DNA of 64,000 nt, from positions 223,634,001-223,698,000 of the forward strand of contig OZ024740.1 of NCBI GenBank assembly GCA_964016885.1, written 5' to 3'. The notes under the pieces were generated by a model that was not told where the DNA came from, searched no databases, and saw only the letters and a list, made by a program, of their open reading frames with translations. Position numbers and translations under genes: made by a program. This document shows positions 54,982 through 64,000 of the stretch, in pieces. Origin of the DNA: Eledone cirrhosa (taxonomy: Eukaryota). How positions within the stretch are numbered: the first letter of the stretch is position 1; each line of letters opens with the position of its first letter.

Positions 54982-55404
54982 TACGGGATTAGATAATGAT
55001 AGTGAGATTGTTTCAACAGAAGTTTTACATTATATTTCTGTTTTTGTAATGGATATTTGAATTGACCCTTTCATTACTATATTTCTAGTAAATAATTATG
55101 GGATGAAAAATTACTTTCAAGAAAGTTCTTTTAATTTTAAACCCGTGACCATGTGACCATATATCTAACAAAATTGTATCACCTTTATGTCTTTATTATC
55201 AATGTAATAAAACAAATTTGAGAGATTTCGTGAAATAACTAATATTTAACTAAATAATAGAAGAGAAATATTTGACTACAGAATCTAATATTATCTTGTA
55301 TGCAATAATGAGATTCCATTTCAAGTTTTGAATTTAAATTCAAATATTTTAATAGGTGGTTTGGGGTGGGTTGATATTAAAGAGTTAATCTGTTCTTAAG
55401 TACT

Positions 55405-55526
55405 TAGGTGACAAATTGACAGAGTCATTAGAATGTCGGATAAAATGCTCTGTTTTTTTAGTTCAAATCCTGCTGAGGTCAAATTTGCTATTCATCCTTT
55501 CGGGATCAATGAAAAAAGTACCAGTT
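55405..55526 (+). mobile_element. Old Meta-like SINE
   Basis: GTTCAAATCCTGCTGAGGTCAAATTTGCTATTCATCCTTTCGGGATCAAT...AGTACCAG. Confidence 0.6.
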
Positions 55527-56083
55527 TAGTAATGCCTCTGTGTTTCATTCTCACTTCCTTTCTCTCACTGTCTATGCTTTTCTGGAGGAAATCTGATGCA
55601 TTTAGATCTGGAGAGTGATGGGCTCTGCCAAGCTTAAAATATGTACTAAAGTACCATATGCCACTATGTCATCCCCATGACTCCATCATTAGGGGACCAT
55701 ACCACACTAAGTTATTATAGTAGATGCCAAATTAGAGTATTATTTTCACACTTTATATAACAAATTAATATTATGAAACAAAATTATAAGTACTGTATAT
55801 GATGTCCATTTTATATATATTTGCAACGTTCCATGTATTGAATTGAGATTTTGTTAATTCAATTGATAAAGTACATGCTGGTTTTTCATGATTTATTTTC
55901 ACAAACAATGTGCAACATTTGCAAACGAGTATATATGGTGTGTTTAAAGTAAATAATTATTATATGCAAAAAGGAACCCTGAAAAGTGTTTCTGTAATGT
56001 AAAATCTATAGTAGAGCACTTAGGATTACAACAGGAGTTAAATGATAGTATTATTTCACATTTTATATAACAATTATATATTA

Positions 56084-56731
56084 CTAGCAGTGGTACCCGG
56101 CGTTGCATGGGATAAGGTATTTTGGAACGCGGGCTGCCAACAGACCTAATCGTGAAAAAACTGCATGCCTGGGCAATATGAAAATAAAATAAACCGAATA
56201 CTCTGATGGCTGGATAATCTTTAAGATTTTTCTCGATGAAGCAGGAAAAATGCAGGTTTTCACCTAATGCGGGCCCTAGGGATCAAGAAAATGAATGTTT
56301 TTATGTGCATAATATGCCTTGAAATTTCGGGAAAAAATAGGCTAGACGTAACGCCTCAAAAAACCCCTAAAAAGTTGAAAAAATGAAGTTTTTTTCCTAA
56401 TATGGGCCCTAGGCCATAAAAAAGTTGGATTTTCTTTGCTCACGGTATGAAGGAGAGACTGACTAATATATAGTTACAATTTCAAGGAAATCGGTCTGAT
56501 GTAACGCCTCAAAAAACCCCTAAAAAGGTGAAAAAAATGCAGTTTTTCACCTAATGCGGGCCTAGGAGATGAAAAAGTTGAATTTGTTTATGTTCATAAC
56601 ACTCGCTGAAACATAAGTAATACACATGTAAAGTTTTTTAAAATTCGGTTGGGTACTTCTAGGGTTTTAGGGATTCAAACTCTCACACACACACACACAC
56701 AGATAGACATCCTCAATTTTATATATATAGA
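56084..56731 (-). mobile_element. Non-autonomous Helitron
   Basis: Minus strand A|TC...CTAG|T termini, subterminal imperfect hairpin CCCATGCAACGCCGGG, (GT)n near 5' end, internal ~140-bp repeats. Confidence 0.85.
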
Positions 56732-58217
56732 TGAATCTAATTTATCAAAGCTACATACATTTGTACGTTTTTTCCCGAAAATATATGATGGAAAAATAAG
56801 CATACTGCTCATCTACTGGACCTACAAAACCTTATATTTGATTCAAGTACTGAGCCAAGAAAATAGATTCTCACTTACCTAACAATGTGGTACATGAATA
56901 TATATATATATATATATAGAAGGTTTGAATAAATGCTGTAAATTGATTCAAGGTTAATAACTTGTTAGAAATTTATTGTCCACATTTGCTATTTAGAAGC
57001 ATACATTTTATACTGAACCGTTTAGATGTTATCTCAAAGGATTTTGCATTTTCATAGAATTTGGAATTGCATTTTGCATTAGTGGCTGATGAAAATGCTA
57101 TCAGATATAACGTAAGCCTTCATGAATTATGTTTTGTAATTTGCCTTTATCTCTCCCACTCAATATTGGATTTTCACTTGTTACAGGATAACAAATCTCT
57201 GTAACTAGTGCATTAAAATGTTTTAATGTGTCAGAAATTTCGAAGTAAATGAGAACAATGGAGACCTGACAAAATAATTCTCTGTATTTCAGTAACATAG
57301 TTATAAGTTGTGAGTTCAAATCTCACCAGTATAAACTTTGTATTACATTTTTATATACCAATCAATTAATGGCGTCAAGTTAATTTACTAAGTTCTTCTA
57401 CAAAATGTGTGGCTTTATGCCAATGTTAGAAATCGATATTGGAATAAACAATTTTTTGTAAAGAAATCTACACAAGATTCTATCTTGAGTTTGAATCAAT
57501 TTCATCGGAATAGATGTCTTTATTGAAATGTTCCACAACTAAAATGTGATTGTTTGTACAAAATGTGTTGTAGAAAGCAAGATGAAAAAAATTGAAGAAT
57601 ATTCTGAAAACTATTTACAGTTGATTTTGATCAATAAGTTGATTGAAACAGTTCAATACTTATAAAACAAAACTAATACTTCTTCATATCTTAAACTGAC
57701 AGTTGTGGCATTTACTTGTCTAGCTCTGGTATTTAACAATTTAAAAGAGCATTATAAGTTTATTCAATTTGTAAAATATTTAGTCTGAGAATCATTAAGA
57801 AGTTGTAATTAATCTTACAGTCCTTGTGCAAAATCTTTTCAATCAATTTTACACCTTTGCAACACTATTTGCCTAAGTAATATCAATCAAAACAGTTTGC
57901 AGTATTTATCTAAGTAATAGGAACACAGAATATATTTTTATAGAGATATAATCAAAATGGAAATTTTCTGTCTGAATAAATATGATTATTGATTCAAGTT
58001 AAATGATTCAGTTTACATGTTTATAGTTCCCTACCTCAAATTCTTGTCTGACATTCATTGATATGATATAACTCTAAACACGAACTCAATGAAACTGTGA
58101 TGACTCATCTAATCTAAGCAAGCATGTAAATGCAGAAGATAGTGTAAAATATATGGATGTGTATTGATAACAAGCACATATTATCTCTTTCTCTCTCTCT
58201 CTATATATATATATATA

Positions 58218-58536
58218 TAGTTAGAGAAGCAAATAATTGCTTATTGTGATCCAGTTTTTGGTTAAGAAAGCCAGTTTCATGGATGGTTTCAACGTACGGT
58301 TAGGGGTAACTCCACAAGTTTGTAAGAATTCCGTTCAATCTTGGAGTATAAAGTATAAAAGAGAAAACACAGGTAAGCATTAAGAGAAGGATTTAATCCA
58401 GGTATTTACGACCGTTTCATTGGTAAGTGCAACCTTATATTGCTATACTGCAAATAGCAGCCACTCAATTATAATTGTTGTTCACAGTCCAAATTTTCAA
58501 AATAGTGAGTTACTCTTGAAATAATTCTTAATATAT
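58218..58536 (-). repeat. 3' pseudo-LTR of full-length PLE
   Basis: Near-identical direct repeat of 63523-63840. Confidence 0.9.
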
Positions 58537-58841
58537 AGAGAAAAACATTTATTTGGAATTGTATTTACTAGTATATAGAGAGAGAAATCAGGAGGTGAGG
58601 GGACAGACGGCATAGTATAGAGAGAGAGGAAGGGGGAAACGTAGGAAGTAGAATGACAAACTGAGGTGGAGATAGGGGTAGAGGTGGAAGGATTCTTTGG
58701 TCAGTTTTGATAGCAGAAATCATGTCGTGAAGTGTAGTGAGTTAAAGAGAATTAAATAGATAATAGAGGGAGGGATGGATAGAGAGGGAGAGAGAGAGAG
58801 AGGGGGGGAGATATAAAGAGATAAATATATATATATATATA

Positions 58842-60740
58842 ATGGAAAAATTTGAACAGGAACAAAACAGAGAGGCAGTACAACGAATGTTTATTAATTT
58901 CACGCTTTGGAGAGTGGGGTGGTGGTGGGGAACGACGTTTCGGGCATAAGCCCTTCCTCAGGTGAGAAGTGTGTGGGAACAGAGTTCAAAGGGTGTGTAG
59001 GGGAGTGGTGGAGAGACATATAGCGAAAGGAAACGGTGCGAATGAAATTAAAAATAAAAATAAAAATAAAAATAAAGCATGATCAAAATACAAGGAATGA
59101 AATAGAATTAAATATAAAAGCATGATCAAAATAAACTGAAATAAAAAAGGGGGGTAAAACAGGTGGTGGAAGGGTGTGGGATGTGTAGGGGTGGTGGCGG
59201 GTGGAGTGGGGAGAGGGAGACGGGGTGTCCGAGCGGGGAGGGCTGAAGGTGGTGTGTGTGTGTAGGTGTACGTGTGTGTGTGTAGGTGTACGTGTGTGTG
59301 TGTGTGTGTGTGTGTGGATGTGAAAGTAAGGGTTGGGGGAAGAACGGGGTTGCATGTTCAGGAAGAGGTGTGTGTGTGTGTCGGGGGGGGGAGGTTGTAG
59401 GTCGGAGTGTCTGTGCGTGTGTGGATAGAGGGTGGGGGAGAGGAATCAGGAGGCTGAGGGTGTAAATATGTGGTGGAAAGCACGTGTGTGTGGGGTTTAA
59501 GCGTGTTGTGGGTGTAGGTGGCGTGTGGAGAGAAAAAATTGTTTGGAGTGTGTGTGTGGGTGAGTTATATAGGTGGTTCCGTAAGAGGATGGTTGAAAAG
59601 TTGGTAAAATCCTATGGTGATTAGTGGATTCTGTGGTGGTCAAGTTCCGCATACGATTATTCCATGAAGAGATGGACGGAAGAGGAGAGATGTGGGGGGC
59701 ATGCGCAACAGGAAGTGGTCAAGCAGTGGGAGTGCTGTGTGTCTGTTTGTGCTGGGAGGTGGTCAGAGGGCATAGCAGCAGTCGGTGGAATAGTAAAGGG
59801 GCGAGGATGGGTAGGTGTGAAAGTTGGAGTGAGGAGGGTGTGTGTGTGTGTGTATTAGTAGAGGTGTTAGTAGGATGAGTGAGTGTGGAGCGAGGGTGTG
59901 GGTGGAGGGGGAGAGAAGGGTGTGTGTAGTTCTATGGAGGGAGTGTGGTGTACTGGTGTGTGTGTAGTTTGATGAAGGGGTGTTAGTATACGGGAGGTGG
60001 GGAAGGGTTGAATGCAGGTGTGAGTGGGGGTTAGTGGTGGTAGGGTGTGTAGAGTTGGTGGTGTACGAGGGTATGTGGGTACGTGTGCGTGGGGTTGGGG
60101 CTGTTAGTGATGTTAGTTGCGTGTGGGGTGGGTGGTGTAAGTAGGTGCGTGTGTTCGTGTGCTTGGGGTCAGGGGGTGTTAAAGAGGTTAGTTAAGGGGT
60201 GGTGGGATAGAGGTGTGGGGGTGATGGTTAGTGGTGGTAGTAGGGTGTGTGTATAGTGTGAGCGCGTGTATATATGTGCCGGTGGGTGTGTGCGTGTGAT
60301 AAGGAGGGGGGAGGAGGAGAAGGAAGGGAGGGATGTTAGTATGTTAGTTGGGGAAGTGTGGTCGGATGAGGGGTGGAGTGGAGGTGTTAGTATTGTTAGT
60401 TGTGGGGTGGGTGGTGAAAAGGAGGGGTGTGTTAGTGGGGGATAAGTGTGGGGGGAGGGGGGCGGTCGAAGGCTAAAGGAATGAGGGTGGGGAGTTCAGG
60501 CCGGGGGGAGTGTGGGTCTGTAAGATGAAGATAGTTCTTTGTTCGACTCTAAGGCGATTGGCGGGTGTTCCGTGGCATTGGAGTAGGCCACAGACTGTGA
60601 GATGGTGTGCGGAATGTCCAGGGCCACCAAAGTGGTGGGCGATGGGCGAACTACCACCGAGACGAATATCCCGGAGGTGCTCAGTGAATCGGTCCACCAG
60701 GCGACGTCCCGTCTGTCCGACATAAGTCCGTAGACTAGGT
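58842..60740 (-). mobile_element. Neptune-like PLE 3' fragment (GIY-YIG C-terminus, long C/A-rich UTR, pLTR) nested in the full-length element
   Basis: YVGQTGRRLVDRFTEH...HHF...H...L.V.GL...R.RVEQ..IF.LQT..PPGLN; AATAAA near 58890; microsatellites both sides. Confidence 0.8.
58932..58963 (-). ncRNA. Minimal type I hammerhead ribozyme, canonical PLE form
   Basis: AC-CUGAGGA-aGGGC uuau GCCC-GAAA-CG-UC-GU. Confidence 0.8.
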
Positions 60741-60792
60741 TGGAGGAGACACATACATACACATACATATATATACACACACATACACACAT

Positions 60793-60833
<41 letters not shown>

Positions 60834-60858
60834 CATACACACACACACACACACATAT

Positions 60859-60896
<38 letters not shown>

Positions 60897-63476
60897 AAAA
60901 TAAAGATAATAATGACAAAAATAAAAGCAAAGAAGGGGGTGAGAAGGAAGAAAAGAAAACATAGCCAAGAAGGGGGAAGGAAGGAAGAAAACGAAGAAAT
61001 AGAAGAGAAATGAGGGAGAAGGGGGGATATATGTATTGGTTTCGTGGGTAATTAAAGGGTCTAGATATAAGAGGGTATAAAGTCTAAGTATATGCAGTTT
61101 GTCAGTTGGTAGTAAGAGGTTAAGTGTCCGATTGTAGTGCGAACATTTCTCTTTGAGTCTATGGTTACAATAAATTGATCTCTCAATTTTATTGTTGAGT
61201 AACCTATTCTTCGAACTTAAGATGTGGAACAGCTCAAGGTCGCATAATCGACAGCTTCTCATACCACTCCGATATGGGGGCGCGTTTGATAATTTTTTCC
61301 ACTTCAGGGTGTATTGATGGTTACTTTCCCTCAGTTGCCAGGTCTTGTTTGCAAGGGTAGTTACATAACGGTGCTGGGAATGTGTCATTGCGTAACGGTG
61401 TGTATACCAACGAACTTTAAAAGTATTCCCAGTCGCTCCGATGTAATACCATTTCTGTTTGTCTGATTCCACTGTGCATTGGTAAACCAGGTTAGCCTGG
61501 ATACATTCATTTTGTAATGGACAGGTTTCAGGTAGGTGACAGTTGCATTTCTTGTTATGGGCAACTTTGGCATTATTTTTGGGCTGCGATACCTGAACAA
61601 GTGTGTTACGTTTTGTTTGCCTATTAGCGGGTGGTTGTGTATTAGATATTCTGTTGTGTTCGGTGGTAATTGTATTGTTATTGTTGTAAATGTGTGTTTT
61701 GGTGTCGTTATGAATCTTTTTAGCGTTAAGCATCTTAATGTGTGCTTCTATATTTGGTGCCGTGGAGTAGGATAGTCTAATAGATTTAGTGTTAAGGATT
61801 TTGCTGTATCTATGTGAATCTGGAAAGTGCCTATTTATTATTCTAAAGAAAGTAGAGGGTAGGTTAGTACTAATAGAGGTGTTAAATATGGGGATATACC
61901 AAATATATTTTCTACTGCGTGACTTGTTTGATTTCGATGTTGTACTTCTATTTGCCGTATATTTTGCAGTTCTATGCGTAAATGTGTGTATGCGTGTGTA
62001 TCTGGAGTTTGTGTTATGCGTGTTCGTGTGTGCTTCACAGAGGCTTTCATCTATATATTCTACGCTATCTAAGTGGCCTGCCTTGTCTAATGCGGTATTG
62101 TAGTATTCTGCATGTTCTTCGAAGATTTGCCGGTTAGATGAGAGGCGGGAGATCCTAAGGGATATGCTGCGTGGAATGGATTTAATTATTGATAGTGGGT
62201 GGTTTGAGTTACAGTTGATGTATGCTAAGTTTTCATTAATCTTGTGAAAAGGTCTTATAAGTCCCGCATTTAGGTTAAGCGTCACATCTAGAAAGTTAAC
62301 TGTTTTAGTGCTATACTCGTACGTTATGCTAAGGTCTAGTTTTCCGAGAGTCTTTCTAATATTCTTACGGAGTCTTTCTATGCTCTGGTTATTTAGGTTC
62401 TTAACTAGGAGAAGGGCGTCGTCTCTGTAGATTCCACCGTGAAGGTCGCTAAACTCGCTTTGTAAACTATGGGCTATGTAAATACCTACTAAGTCTGTGA
62501 CTTGAGCCGAGTCGTTAGCCCCCATCGTGATGTCAAAGTTATTTAATCTATCCTTACGTTCCCAATAGGCGTTTTCAAATTTAATTATTGTTTTCCTAGC
62601 AGCTAATATGATTTTTATCTCGTCGTCTGTTATGTCAGAATTGGCTTTGGCGAATGCTAAGTCTTTATCCAAGGTGTTGGGGGATATAGATGAGTAATGA
62701 TCGTTAATGTCAAATTGTATAAATTTAGATACTTCTTTGTTAGCTATATTGTTAAACGATTTAATTGTTTCGGTAGCGTTACCCCATAGTTTAATCACTA
62801 GTTTATTCTTCATTTGTGCTATCACTCTGTCTAATATATGTTTACTAATTTTCCCGATGTCCGATTTCGATGGGCATATAAGTCTAATAGTGGGGTTATA
62901 ATCAAAATTTACCTTGTGGTCTTTGAGGTTAAATGTGGGAGTACATGGCTTAAGTGCCTCCGTTCTGTCGTCTATTCCTAGGTGTTTGACTATATTGTGT
63001 GCCTCGCTGTTGATGTTTATCAGTGCCGCCTCATTTGTTTTTTTGTATTTCCTATGTAATTCTTTCCGTATGAAGCTATTGTATGTATTAACATCCATCG
63101 TATACACATTTGATGTTTTGTCCGCTTTGACAATAATTCCATTGGTGGTTCGCAGCTTTTTTATGAACGTATTTATGTCATTCTGGAGTTTATTATTCCT
63201 CCGCTTTTTGAATTTGATATTCATAATCATCTTCAGTAAGTCCTGTTCAAAGGCATCCAGTTGAGGGCTGGTAGGTGAGTTTTTACACGATTTGAAGCCG
63301 TATGTTTCCCTGTTATATTCCACGGTGCGACCATTACGTCCTTTGTCGAAATGGAAAGTTTTCCATCTAACTCTGCGTATAAAGTCGTTTGTTCGCTGTA
63401 TCATCCCGAGAGTATAATCCTTTCTCCGAGGTATAGGAATGTTCTTTAGGGACATACCTATGTAATGCTTTTCCAT
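60735..63476 (-). CDS. Full-length Penelope-like (Hydra-like) RT + GIY-YIG polyprotein; conserved part ends ~61130, frame runs on into UTR and microsatellite
   Basis: [90 protein letters not shown]. Confidence 0.9.
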
Positions 63477-63522
63477 AGTAGTACCGTATGTTTAGGTGGT
63501 TGCTCGACCGATAAGGAGCCTG

Positions 63523-63840
63523 TAGTTAGAGAAGCAAAAATTGCTTATTGTGATCCAGTTCGTAGTTAAGAAAGCCAGTTTCATGGATGGTTTCAACGTA
63601 CGGTTAGGGGTAACTCCACAAGTTTGTAAGAATTCCGTTCAATCTTGGAGTATAAAGTATAAAAGAGAAAACACAGGTAAGCATTAAGAGAAGGATTTAA
63701 TCCAGGTATTTACGACCGTTTCATTGGTAAGTGCAACCTTATATTGCTATACTGCAAATAGCAGCCACTCAATTATAATTGTTGTTCACAGTCCAAATTT
63801 TCAAAATAGTGAGTTACTCTTGAAATAATTCTTAATATAT
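63523..63840 (-). repeat. 5' pseudo-LTR of full-length PLE
   Basis: Direct repeat of 58218-58536, 46 nt upstream of the ATG. Confidence 0.9.
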
Positions 63841-63856
63841 AATATATATGCATATT

Positions 63857-64000
63857 GGAAAATATGCAGAATACTTGGTACAGTTAGGTATTTAAAAAAA
63901 AAAGGTAAAGAATGACTTCACTTGTAGTTCTAAATAATTTGATTTAATTTTATATTATCATTTGGTAGATCTAGTAAGTTCTTTGTTAACTTCAGTGGGA
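63857..64000. repeat. Second copy of the 9635-10014 fold-back family, cut by window edge
   Basis: Reverse complement of ~9860-10014. Confidence 0.8.

Noticed and set aside
59900-60440. Telomeric repeat array
   Set aside because: No tandem TTAGGG; irregular G/T-rich UTR
63700-63832. Hammerhead in the pLTR of the full-length element (GAAACGGUCGUA preceded by hairpins)
   Set aside because: No CUGANGA-like core can be placed in a convincing register; unresolved without alignment

Overview
AT-rich eukaryotic, repeat-dominated DNA. The SINE and RTE repertoire and the abundant (TA)n tracts suggest a cephalopod (octopus-like) genome; this is an inference. I can support no host protein-coding gene. 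The main content is a dense cluster (~23.8-43.5 kb and ~58-64 kb) of Penelope-like retroelements (PLEs). Six divergent copies have RT motifs MG(A/S)xDSAxVxxLxG / GxYRDD, a CxCx5CxLxxxC linker where present and a C-terminal GIY-YIG domain, most like the Hydra clade. One of them is full length with ~318-bp pseudo-LTRs, and a Neptune-like 3' fragment is nested in it. Nearly all border (TA)n. Their pseudo-LTRs, and several non-coding pLTR-only direct/inverted-repeat elements, carry more than a dozen type-I hammerhead-ribozyme folds that I folded by hand. Some are canonical; others have family-specific variant cores (U3-A8 covariation, U4A). Also present: tRNA-derived SINEs of two families, RTE LINE remnants, a rearranged CRE-type (RLE endonuclease) retrotransposon, a non-autonomous Helitron with a nearby empty-site paralog, and mariner-type MITEs. 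Coordinates were read by eye and may be off by a few bases.
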